In this document: one piece after another, positions 1 to 8,782 of the stretch
How the letters are laid out: every line of letters begins with the position of its first letter
How positions within the stretch are numbered: the stretch's first letter is position 1
DNA from: an uncultured Collinsella sp.
GTDB taxonomy: Bacteria; Actinomycetota; Coriobacteriia; Coriobacteriales; Coriobacteriaceae
Length of the DNA stretch: 54,753 nt
Direction of reading: 5' to 3'
NCBI GenBank assembly: GCA_900552755.1
Contig: USAY01000001.1
Coordinates: 1-54,753 of the forward strand
Notes under the pieces: model-generated
What the model saw: only the letters and a program-made list of their open reading frames with translations
The model's database searches: none
Told to the model about the DNA's origin: nothing
Made by a program: the position numbers and the translations under genes

Positions 1-1065
1 GAGGGCTATTATATGCCTTTTGTTGATGAAGCACGATGCATCGACTGCGGTGCCTGCTCGCGCGTGTGTCCGGCAACCCAACGTCTCCCAGGAAAGGACT
101 GGAAAGAGGGAACCTACTACGCAATGTGGGCTAAAAACCCTGCAGAGAGGCAGACGGGTTCGTCTGGAGGGATTTTCGGACTGCTGGCAGATGAGGTGCT
201 GAAGCAAAACGGTGTCGTATTCGGTACCGTATTTTCAGACGACTATAAGTCGGTTTATGTCACAAGTACGGAACAGGTCTCGCTGGAAGCTCTGAAAAAA
301 TCAAAGTATGTTGAAGGAAAGACCGGAACCGTATTCAAAGACGTAAAAAGATGTCTGGAACAGGGAAAAAATGTCCTGTATTGTGGAACGTCCTGCCAGA
401 TCGACGGATTGAAGAACTATCTTAAAAAGCCTTACCCGAACCTTGTGACCTGTGATTTTCTGTGTCACGGTGTCTCAGCAGCCGGACTCTACGAGAAATA
501 TATTTCTGACCTTGAGCGGGCGTATGGAAAGATAAGATGGCTGTCTTTCCGCTCCAAGTATTACGGCTGGAAGTCCTACTGCATCGTTGCGGATCTTGAG
601 AATGGAAATCAGTATGTCAAGACAAGATTTCAGGACCCGTACCTGCGGATGTTCTTTGAAAATGCCGGTCTGAGAGAGAACTGTTTCACCTGTCACAGGC
701 TGGAACACAGCAATGCTGATATCACAATCGGTGACTATTGGGGCGTCAAAAACTCTCCGGAGATACCGGATACCAACGAGGGTATCTCTTTGATAGGGGT
801 GCACACAGAGATCGGGCAGAAAATGGTGTCGTCTATCCGGAAAAACTGCGAAGCGTTCCCGCTTGAACAGAGCAAGTACGAATACGCCTATAAGCGGCAC
901 CCATACTCCATGACAAATCAAAAGACCCGACTGAGGAAACTTTATCAGACCGAAAGTCTGTTCGCGCTCCCCGTGACAAAAAAGGTCGCTTTGAAAGGTA
1001 TGATATACAGGCTGCGTGCCCAGATGCAAAGGGCTAAGATCAAACAGAACAGAGGAAAACGATAA
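1..1065 (+). CDS. Coenzyme F420 hydrogenase/dehydrogenase beta-subunit (FrhB)-like 4Fe-4S protein of polysaccharide loci; 5' end probably outside the window
   Basis: CIDCGACSRVCP ferredoxin motif, SSGG, SKY, GTSCQI, DFLCHGV and DITIGDYWG motifs. The frame is open from base 1 (EGYYMP), so the true start is likely upstream. Confidence 0.85.
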   Translation, partial: EGYYMPFVDEARCIDCGACSRVCPATQRLPGKDWKEGTYYAMWAKNPAERQTGSSGGIFGLLADEVLKQNGVVFGTVFSDDYKSVYVTSTEQVSLEALKKSKYVEGKTGTVFKDVKRCLEQGKNVLYCGTSCQIDGLKNYLKKPYPNLVTCDFLCHGVSAAGLYEKYISDLERAYGKIRWLSFRSKYYGWKSYCIVADLENGNQYVKTRFQDPYLRMFFENAGLRENCFTCHRLEHSNADITIGDYWGVKNSPEIPDTNEGISLIGVHTEIGQKMVSSIRKNCEAFPLEQSKYEYAYKRHPYSMTNQKTRLRKLYQTESLFALPVTKKVALKGMIYRLRAQMQRAKIKQNRGKR

Positions 1066-2468
1066 TGGGCAAAACAAGGGGAAGTCAATCCTTCATCAAG
1101 AACTTTTTTGTGCTGGGATTTGGCTCTTTTATCTATCTGGTCATTGGCCTGATTGGAACACCGGTCATAACAAGACTGGTAGACCCCGCAGAATATGGCT
1201 ATATGTCCATGTTTACGGTGTATAGTAATATCGGCCTGATGTTCTGCGGGCTTGGACTCGACCAGACGTTGGTTCGCTATTTTTACCACAGAGATGATCT
1301 GGACTATAAGCGTATGATACTGTTTGAATGCATGAGTGCGCCTATGATCCTGTGTGCCGTCTTAGGTCTGTTGATCCTTCCGGCTGCCCTTTTTACCAAT
1401 ACGATGGGCTGGACGAGCCAACCAATCTCAGAGCTGGTGCTGTTGGAGATCAATGTTTTTGTTCTGGTGGTACATCGCTACGCTATCCTTTTGCTGCGTC
1501 TCCGGTATCATACAAAACAGTATTCAACGATCAATATCATCCAGAAAGCGACCTATCTTATCATTGCAGTTGCTCTGGTCGTGTGGTTGAGGGACTATTA
1601 CTTTTACATCCTTGCGGTCTCCACGATCCTGAGCACCTTGATCGCAACAGTATGCGCTTTGCTGTTGGAAAAGGAAGTGTGGGACTTCCGCGCTCTGTCC
1701 AGGGAAAACTGGATCCCGCAAAAGGAACTGCTGTCCTATAGCATCCCCATTATGTTTTCAAGCGGTATCACGATGATTTTCAACGCCTTGGACAAGCTGT
1801 TCCTGAACCATTTCTGCACCTTGACGGATGTGGGCGTGTACACCAGTGCAATGAATCTGATGGCTGTTTTTACGATTGTAAGAACAACGTTCAATGCCCT
1901 GTGGATGCCAACTGCAGTAGAACATTACGAGAAGAAACCGGATGATAAAGCGTTTTATCAAAGAGGAAATGCCTTTATTGTCGTGTTGATGATCTCGTTT
2001 GGTGCCGGGGTGATCCTTTGCAAGGACTTATTTGTAATGCTGCTGGGAAATAAGTATCAGGAAGCGGCGCAGATCATTCCGTTTTTGATGTTTGAGCCGA
2101 TCATGTACACGATATCGGAGACAACAGCCACAGGCATCGTTGTTCAAAAGAAATCGAAATATCAGATGTTGATCGCAGGCGTTTCCTGCATCACAAACTT
2201 CTTCGGCAACTGGCTTCTGACTCCACTTATGGGAGCGCGTGGAGCAGCATTGTCCACGGGTGTTTCTTATATCGTGTTTTTCGCTATGCGAACGGTGCTT
2301 GCAAATAAGGTGTTTTATGTTGACTACCATCTGAAAAACTTTATGCTGGTCTCACTCACATTGCTCTTATTCGCATATTACGGAAGCACGCACTTTTTCT
2401 CTCTGATCCAGGTTCTGATGTGCGCGGGCGTACTTTTGGTCACACTGTTTTGCTACCGTAGCTGCTAG
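1065..2468 (+). CDS. wzx: Polysaccharide flippase (Wzx/MOP family), possibly slightly 3'-truncated
   Basis: 467 aa multi-TM protein with P-x-x-T-R-L-x-x-P-x-E-Y-G and GLDQ motifs, a DKLFL...DVGVY segment and GARGAALST near the C-terminus. Confidence 0.85.
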   Translation: MGKTRGSQSFIKNFFVLGFGSFIYLVIGLIGTPVITRLVDPAEYGYMSMFTVYSNIGLMFCGLGLDQTLVRYFYHRDDLDYKRMILFECMSAPMILCAVLGLLILPAALFTNTMGWTSQPISELVLLEINVFVLVVHRYAILLLRLRYHTKQYSTINIIQKATYLIIAVALVVWLRDYYFYILAVSTILSTLIATVCALLLEKEVWDFRALSRENWIPQKELLSYSIPIMFSSGITMIFNALDKLFLNHFCTLTDVGVYTSAMNLMAVFTIVRTTFNALWMPTAVEHYEKKPDDKAFYQRGNAFIVVLMISFGAGVILCKDLFVMLLGNKYQEAAQIIPFLMFEPIMYTISETTATGIVVQKKSKYQMLIAGVSCITNFFGNWLLTPLMGARGAALSTGVSYIVFFAMRTVLANKVFYVDYHLKNFMLVSLTLLLFAYYGSTHFFSLIQVLMCAGVLLVTLFCYRSC

Positions 2469-3538
2469 CCGGCCGGCTTAACGGTGAACAGCTCATCCCA
2501 ATTGACCAACAGCTCCTGTCGCAGGGCATCTTCGGTGGTGCGTTCCTGATCGGTCTTTGCGATGTAGGGGAGCCCCGCCTTTTTATGAATGAGCTCGGCG
2601 ATGCTATCAAAGCTCTTCTTGTCCTTGATTTGCTCATAGGTTATCTGGATAACGTCATAGCCCATGCTTGTGAGGGCGGTGGTGCGCTCGGCATCGGAGA
2701 GACTTGCGGCTTCGCTGTCATGGACGGAGCGGCCTTGGCATTCCAAGATGACGCCCATGCTGTTGGTGGCACTTTCGATGAGGATATCGGCGTAGCAGCA
2801 GGTTTTGTCATACAGTGAGCGCGCGGCGTCGCTGAGTGGGATGCGCACGTTGTTTGCGATGTTGATGCCCATGCCGCCCTCGTTGCGGGGGAGCGAGACA
2901 AGCATGGAAGTCTGTACTTCGAAGGGCGAGGCGGTCTGCCCCGTCATGTGCTCGGCCGCCCAGCGCAGTTGTTTAACGCCGCGCAGGCCTGCGGCCTGCT
3001 TGGTGAACGCGGCGATATCCGCTGCGGAAAGAAGCGGCGTGCGATTCCACAAGTTGGTGCCATTGCCTTTGGTGTCGACAACACGCTCCCAGCCACAGTT
3101 GGGTGGAATGAGCTTAAGCGAAATAGCTTCATCGAGCTGTTGTTGTGTACGCTCGCAGGGCGTAAACACAGCAAACGAGCTGCACATCTCGTAGCACGCC
3201 ATAAGTAGCTGGTTGCGGGAGACCTGCGTAGCAAGGTTGAGTAGCGTAAACTCAGGCGACGTGACATCAAACCCATGTTCAGTCTGCCTAAACGACCCAG
3301 GAGGCGGCTCTTGGGTTAGCAGACGGCTGTGAAATAGCTTTCCGTTCGCGCGCTGTTTTCTTTCGCCCACGAATCTCCAAACTGGTGTGCCGAGCAAGTC
3401 TTTAAATACTGGCTGTTTTGAGTAATGCACCAAGCGATGGTCATGGTCAGGCGGCAGGATTGCCGGATAGAGTCCCAATATCTGGGGCGGGATGCGATAG
3501 TAATGAAAAGCCGAGGGTCCGCAGGCAAGAAATGACAT
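2465..3538 (-). CDS. Hypothetical protein with a C-terminal DUF559/Vsr-like PD-(D/E)XK nuclease domain (AbiEi-Vsr-like architecture)
   Basis: 357 aa ORF with VTSPEFT, ASPFE, YADIL, LECQGRSVH, D-x-x-R-x-x-x-L-x-x-M-G-Y-x-V-x-x-I-T motifs typical of this actinobacterial family. Confidence 0.7.
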   Translation of the reverse strand: MSFLACGPSAFHYYRIPPQILGLYPAILPPDHDHRLVHYSKQPVFKDLLGTPVWRFVGERKQRANGKLFHSRLLTQEPPPGSFRQTEHGFDVTSPEFTLLNLATQVSRNQLLMACYEMCSSFAVFTPCERTQQQLDEAISLKLIPPNCGWERVVDTKGNGTNLWNRTPLLSAADIAAFTKQAAGLRGVKQLRWAAEHMTGQTASPFEVQTSMLVSLPRNEGGMGINIANNVRIPLSDAARSLYDKTCCYADILIESATNSMGVILECQGRSVHDSEAASLSDAERTTALTSMGYDVIQITYEQIKDKKSFDSIAELIHKKAGLPYIAKTDQERTTEDALRQELLVNWDELFTVKPAG

Positions 3539-3584
3539 AGCGATCCGATCGTTTGAGCGTAGTTTGGGCTATAAAAGCTATCGG

Positions 3585-3714
3585 TTTCGGAAGTGCGGGG
3601 AAAAAGACAAACAGGTCAACCACAAGCGGTATTTAAGCCAACTGTATCAGGGGTTTTGTTGAAATAAAAGGGCTTGTGCTCGGAGGTAAGCAATTTTTCC
3701 CCGCACTTCCGAAA
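3585..3714. repeat. Perfect 21-bp inverted repeat with an 88-bp spacer
   Basis: TTTCGGAAGTGCGGGGAAAAA (3585-3605) and TTTTTCCCCGCACTTCCGAAA (3694-3714). Confidence 0.9.
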
Positions 3715-3894
3715 ACGCGGTCGATCTGACTCTTGCTAAAACGATTTAGCAGCGTCGGTTAAGGTGTGGGTTTGCTACCGGGCGAACACTTTTAGCGCTT
3801 GGGGCTTTATTTTTTGGGCCTCGGAGGGCGGATTTCGCGCTTTTGGTAAAGAAATGGGTGCGTGTCATGCCGTGCGGTAGGCATCGGCGCACAG

Positions 3895-3931
3895 AAAAAG
3901 GGCCCGGAAGGCTTTGCCTTCCGGGCCCTTT
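3895..3931 (-). terminator. Intrinsic terminator of pyk
   Basis: AAAGGGCCCGGAAGGC-ttt-GCCTTCCGGGCCCTTT hairpin with an A-run on its left, just past the pyk stop. Confidence 0.8.
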
Positions 3932-3959
3932 GCAATGCAAGTGTGCTTGCAAGTGCGAT

Positions 3960-5420
3960 TTAGCGCACCTGAGCGACGTAAGCGACGTTGGTCGAGGAGA
4001 CCTTGTCCTCGAGCTGGACGCTCATGCGGGGATCGCCGGCGGTAGCGACGGTCAAATCGCCAGTCTTGACGTAGCCGAGCTCCTTAGCGGTCTCGATCGC
4101 CTTGACGATCGTGCCGTTGACGGTGCCCTGGGTAATCTCGGCCTGGTGCGGGATAACGCCCCAGTACATGATCATCTGCTGGACGGCCCACTCGTGGCGG
4201 GAGAACGCGCAGATCGGCATGTTGGGACGGAAGTGCGAGATCAGGCGAGCGGTACGACCGGTGGTCGTCGGCACGGTGATGCACTTGGCGCCAACGGTGG
4301 TGGCCATGTTCACAGCGGACATACCCACAACGTTGTTGACGACGCGGGTGCCGTGAGCGTCAGCCGGAACCTCGAGCGGAGCGTGAGCCGGGAGGTACTT
4401 CTCGGTCTCGAGAGCAATGCTGGCCTGCATCTTGACGGCCTCGACCGGGTACTTACCGGCAGCGGACTCGCCGGACAGCATAACGGCGTCGGTGCCGTCG
4501 TAAATGGCGTTAGCAACGTCGGCAACCTCGGCGCGCGTCGGGCGCGGGTTCTGCTGCATGGAGTCGAGCATCTGCGTAGCGGTGATAACGGGCTTGTAGG
4601 CCGCGTTGCACTTGGCGATGATCTCCTTCTGGATGTGGGGAACGAGCTCGGGCTTGATCTCGATGCCCAGGTCGCCACGGGCGACCATGATGCCGTCGGA
4701 AGCCTCGAGGATCTCGTCGAAGTTCTCGACGCCCAGGGCGCACTCGATCTTCGGGAAGATCGTCACGTGCTCGCCACCGTTCTCGCGGCAAAGCTTGCGG
4801 ATGCCGCGGACGGACTCGCCGTCACGGATGAAGGAAGCGGCGATGTAGTCGATGTTCTCGGTCAGGCCAAAGAGGATGTCCTGACGATCGCGCTCGGTGA
4901 TGGCGGGCAGCGAGATGTTGACGTTGGGCATGTTGACGCCCTTGCGCTCGCCGATCAGGCCGTCGTTCTTGACGACGCAGGTCATGTCCTGGCCGTCGAC
5001 GGACTCGACCTCGAGGGCAACCAGACCGTCATCGATCAGGATGAGGGAGCCCTTCTCGACCTCGGAGGGCAGAGCCAGGTAGTCGAGGGAGATGTGCTCA
5101 GCGGTGCCGTGGAAATCCTCGGACGTGGGCTGAGCGGTGACGACGATCTTGTCGCCGGTCTTGACGGCAACCTTCTTGCCGTCGACCAAAAGGCCGGTGC
5201 GGACCTCGGGGCCCTTGGTGTCGAGCAGGATGCCGACGGGCATGCCGAGCTCCTTGGAAATACGACGGACGCGCTCGATGCGACCGTGGTGCTCGTCGTA
5301 GGATCCGTGCGAGAAGTTAAAACGGGCGACGTTCATGCCCGCCTTGATCATCTCGCGGATGGTCTCGTCGCTATCGCAGGCGGGACCCATGGTGCATACA
5401 ATCTTGGTGCGCTTGTACAT
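3960..5420 (-). CDS. pyk: Pyruvate kinase
   Basis: RTKIVCTMGP, ARFNFSHG, LDTKGPEVR, MVARGDLGIE, TATQMLDSM, RPTRAE and DAVMLSGE motifs. Confidence 0.98.
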   Translation of the reverse strand: MYKRTKIVCTMGPACDSDETIREMIKAGMNVARFNFSHGSYDEHHGRIERVRRISKELGMPVGILLDTKGPEVRTGLLVDGKKVAVKTGDKIVVTAQPTSEDFHGTAEHISLDYLALPSEVEKGSLILIDDGLVALEVESVDGQDMTCVVKNDGLIGERKGVNMPNVNISLPAITERDRQDILFGLTENIDYIAASFIRDGESVRGIRKLCRENGGEHVTIFPKIECALGVENFDEILEASDGIMVARGDLGIEIKPELVPHIQKEIIAKCNAAYKPVITATQMLDSMQQNPRPTRAEVADVANAIYDGTDAVMLSGESAAGKYPVEAVKMQASIALETEKYLPAHAPLEVPADAHGTRVVNNVVGMSAVNMATTVGAKCITVPTTTGRTARLISHFRPNMPICAFSRHEWAVQQMIMYWGVIPHQAEITQGTVNGTIVKAIETAKELGYVKTGDLTVATAGDPRMSVQLEDKVSSTNVAYVAQVR

Positions 5421-5750
5421 TCAGACCTCCATCTGACATCGTCTTGCGCTGATAGATAAACCATAAGAAATTAAACTGAGATGATTATAACGAAATGCCG
5501 ACCGAATACCTCAAAAAATCGACCGTATGCCGAATTAGAAGTTCATTTTTTGCGGTAAAAACGGTATATGAAAAATCTTTACCAACCGTTCTGACCGCTG
5601 CTATCTGGGCGATATTTCAGTTTGATGATGCACCGAAGAAAAAACGTTTTATCAATGTTGAGCATCACACGGTCTGCATCGTTGCACTCGAGCCGTGTTT
5701 CCAATTGGAATGTTTTGGCTAGACGCGCCGCTTTGGGGTACCATAGCCCC

Positions 5751-5862
5751 ACTATCAACTGCCGCTCAGCACGGCAGCCTTGATGAGCCCTTGCCCTTCT
5801 CCTGGGAATTATGATCGGGCATCAATCTGCTGAGTGGCCCGAATCCCAGGAGGGGACTCTAT
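5751..5862 (+). promoter_or_regulatory. Candidate structured 5' leader (riboswitch/translational switch) of the P-type ATPase
   Basis: -10-like TACCAT at 5739-5744, two hairpins with complementary loops (CTCAGCA / TGCTGAG), and an anti-SD stem covering GGAGG. Confidence 0.5.
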
Positions 5863-8544
5863 ATGCAAAAGGAATACCTGTCCGCCGCGGCGGAGGTACT
5901 CAGCGACCAAGGTGTCGATGAGAACCTCGGCCTGAGCAACGACGAGGCGTCGTCGCGCCTCGCCAAGACAGGCCCTAACAAGCTCGAGGAAGCCGAGAAG
6001 ACGCCGTTGTGGAAGCGCTTCTTTGAGCAGATGGCCGACCCCATGGTTATCATGCTGATCGTTGCCGCCGTCATCAGCGCGCTCACGGGCATGGTCAAGG
6101 GCGAGGCGGACTTTGCCGATGTCGCCATCATCATGTTCGTCGTTATCGTCAACTCGGTGCTGGGCGTGGTTCAGGAGGCTAAAAGCGAGGAGGCCCTCGA
6201 GGCCCTGCAGGAGATGAGCGCGGCGCAGTCCAAGGTGCTGCGCGACGGCAAGCTCGTGCACCTGCCGAGCGCCGAGCTCGTGCCCGGCGATGTGATCATG
6301 CTCGAGGCGGGCGACTCCGTCCCGGCCGACTGCCGTGTGCTCGAGAGCGCCACGATGAAGATCGAGGAGGCCGCCCTTACCGGCGAGTCCGTGCCCGTCG
6401 AGAAGCATGCCAACGTCATTGAGCTCGCCGCCGGCATCGACGACGTGCCGCTCGGCGACCGCAAGAACATGTGCTACATGGGTTCCACCGTGGTATACGG
6501 CCGCGGTCGCGCCGTCGTGGTCGGCACCGGTATGAACACCGAGATGGGCAAGATCGCCGGCGCCCTGGCCGAGGCCAAGGAAGAGCTCACGCCGCTGCAG
6601 GTGAAGCTCGCCGAGCTCAGCCGCATCCTTACCATCATGGTTATCGTCATCTGCGTCGTCATCTTTGGCGTCGACATCATCCGTCACGGCGTGGGCAACG
6701 TCCTCACCGACCCGACAGCCTTGCTCGATACCTTTATGGTCGCCGTCTCGCTCGCCGTCGCTGCCATCCCCGAGGGCCTGGTCGCCGTCGTGACCATCGT
6801 GCTGTCGCTTGGCGTGACCAAGATGGCCAAGCGCCAGGCAATCATCCGCAAGCTTTCCGCCGTCGAGACCCTTGGCTGCACACAGACCATCTGCTCCGAC
6901 AAGACCGGTACCCTTACCCAAAACAAGATGACCGTCGTCAAGCACGAGCTCGCTGCGCCTAAGGAGAAGTTCCTGGCCGGCATGGCTCTGTGCTCCGACG
7001 CCCAGTGGGACGAGGAACTGGGCGAGGCTGTGGGTGAGCCGACCGAGTGTGCGCTCGTCAACGATGCCGGCAAGGCGGGGCTCACTGGCCTGACTGCCGA
7101 GCATCCGCGCGTGGGCGAGGCCCCGTTTGACTCGGGCCGCAAGATGATGTCCGTGGTCGTCGAGACCCTGGACGGCGAGTACGAGCAGTACACCAAGGGC
7201 GCGCCCGACGTGGTGATCGGCCTGTGTACCCATATCTACGAGGGCGACAAGGTTGTCCCCCTGACCGAGGAGCGTCGCGCCGAGCTCGTGGCCGCCAACA
7301 AGGCCATGGCCGACGAGGCCCTGCGCGTGCTGGCGCTGGCGAGCCGCACCTACACCGAGGTCCCGGCCGACTGCAGCCCCGCCGCGCTCGAGCATGACCT
7401 GGTCTTCTGTGGCCTGTCCGGCATGATTGACCCGGTCCGCCCCGAGGTTGCCGACGCCATCCGCGAGGCGCACGACGCCGGTATCCGCACCGTCATGATT
7501 ACGGGCGACCATATCGACACCGCCGTGGCCATTGCCAAGCAGCTGGGCATCGTCACCGATCGCAGCCAGGCCATCACCGGTGCCGACCTCGATCGCATGA
7601 GCGAAGAGGAGCTCGACGCGCACATCGAGGACTACGGCGTGTACGCCCGCGTCCAGCCCGAGCACAAGACCCGCATCGTCGAGGCTTGGAAGTCGCGCGA
7701 CCAGATCGTGGCCATGACGGGCGACGGCGTCAACGACGCCCCGTCCATCAAGCGCGCCGACATCGGCGTTGGCATGGGCATCACCGGTACCGATGTCACC
7801 AAGAACGTCGCCGACATGGTGCTTGCCGACGACAACTTCGCCACCATCATCGGTGCCTGCGAAGAGGGCCGTCGCATCTACGACAACATCCGCAAGGTCA
7901 TCCAGTTCCTGCTTTCGGCCAACCTTGCCGAGGTCTTCTCGGTGTTTATCGCCACGCTCATCGGCTTTACCATCTTCCAGCCGGTGCAGCTGCTGTGGGT
8001 GAACCTGGTCACCGACTGTTTCCCCGCGCTCGCGCTGGGCATGGAGGATGCCGAGGGCGACATCATGAAGCGCAAGCCGCGCAACGCCAAGGACGGCGTC
8101 TTTGCCGGACATATGGGTCTGGACTGCGTGGTCCAGGGCCTAATCATCACCGTGCTGGTGCTGGCGAGTTTCTTTGTGGGCGTGTACTTTGACATGGGCT
8201 ACATCCACATCGCCGATATGATCGCCGGCAATGCCGACGAGGAAGGCGTGATGATGGCGTTCATCACGCTCAACATGGTCGAGATTTTCCACTGCTTCAA
8301 TATGCGCAGCCGTCGTGCGTCGCTGTTCACCATGAAGAAGCAGAACAAGTGGCTGTGGGCTTCCGCTGCGCTGGCGCTGGTGCTGACGGTGATCGTGACC
8401 GTACAGCCGACGCTTGCCGAGATGTTCTTTGGCCCTGTGACGCTTGAGCTCAAGGGCGTTCTTGCCGCGCTGGGCCTGGCCTTCCTGATCATCCCGCTGA
8501 TGGAGATCTACAAGGCGATCATGCGCGCGGTCGAGAAGGAGTAG
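5863..8544 (+). CDS. Cation-translocating P-type ATPase (P2A, Ca2+/Mn2+-type)
   Basis: TGES, AAIPEGL, CSDKTGTLT phosphorylation site, KGAPD, MITGD and MTGDGVNDAP motifs; 893 aa. Confidence 0.96.
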   Translation: MQKEYLSAAAEVLSDQGVDENLGLSNDEASSRLAKTGPNKLEEAEKTPLWKRFFEQMADPMVIMLIVAAVISALTGMVKGEADFADVAIIMFVVIVNSVLGVVQEAKSEEALEALQEMSAAQSKVLRDGKLVHLPSAELVPGDVIMLEAGDSVPADCRVLESATMKIEEAALTGESVPVEKHANVIELAAGIDDVPLGDRKNMCYMGSTVVYGRGRAVVVGTGMNTEMGKIAGALAEAKEELTPLQVKLAELSRILTIMVIVICVVIFGVDIIRHGVGNVLTDPTALLDTFMVAVSLAVAAIPEGLVAVVTIVLSLGVTKMAKRQAIIRKLSAVETLGCTQTICSDKTGTLTQNKMTVVKHELAAPKEKFLAGMALCSDAQWDEELGEAVGEPTECALVNDAGKAGLTGLTAEHPRVGEAPFDSGRKMMSVVVETLDGEYEQYTKGAPDVVIGLCTHIYEGDKVVPLTEERRAELVAANKAMADEALRVLALASRTYTEVPADCSPAALEHDLVFCGLSGMIDPVRPEVADAIREAHDAGIRTVMITGDHIDTAVAIAKQLGIVTDRSQAITGADLDRMSEEELDAHIEDYGVYARVQPEHKTRIVEAWKSRDQIVAMTGDGVNDAPSIKRADIGVGMGITGTDVTKNVADMVLADDNFATIIGACEEGRRIYDNIRKVIQFLLSANLAEVFSVFIATLIGFTIFQPVQLLWVNLVTDCFPALALGMEDAEGDIMKRKPRNAKDGVFAGHMGLDCVVQGLIITVLVLASFFVGVYFDMGYIHIADMIAGNADEEGVMMAFITLNMVEIFHCFNMRSRRASLFTMKKQNKWLWASAALALVLTVIVTVQPTLAEMFFGPVTLELKGVLAALGLAFLIIPLMEIYKAIMRAVEKE

Positions 8545-8546
8545 GT

Positions 8547-8674
8547 CGAAAGGCCATCCTTCCCACCGGCCCGACCGCCTGCGGGGTTTCTTCTTCGCTG
8601 GTCCTCGCGCTTCGCGCTGCGGGATCGCTCAGAAGAAACCCCTCCCGGCGGGCGGGCCTTCGGATGACCTCTCG
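8547..8674. repeat. About 130-bp interrupted palindrome (REP/MITE-like)
   Basis: Nested arms 8547-59/8662-74, 8568-79/8647-58 and GGGGTTTCTTCT 8583-94 / AGAAGAAACCCC 8631-42, with an apical GCGC-TTC-GCGC. Confidence 0.7.
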
Positions 8675-8782
8675 GGACCGTAAGCTGAGGAAAAGTTTGT
8701 GAGCTGGTCGGGCTTTGCCCGGCCAGCTCTTTTTGATTTAAAATACCTGCTCAGTTGTGATTTGTGGTGCTGGGAGGCGCTT

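Noticed and set aside
5751..5862. Calling the ATPase leader a yybP-ykoY, M-box or c-di-AMP riboswitch
   Set aside because: The recognisable consensus motifs of those families are not visible, so it is left as an unassigned candidate.
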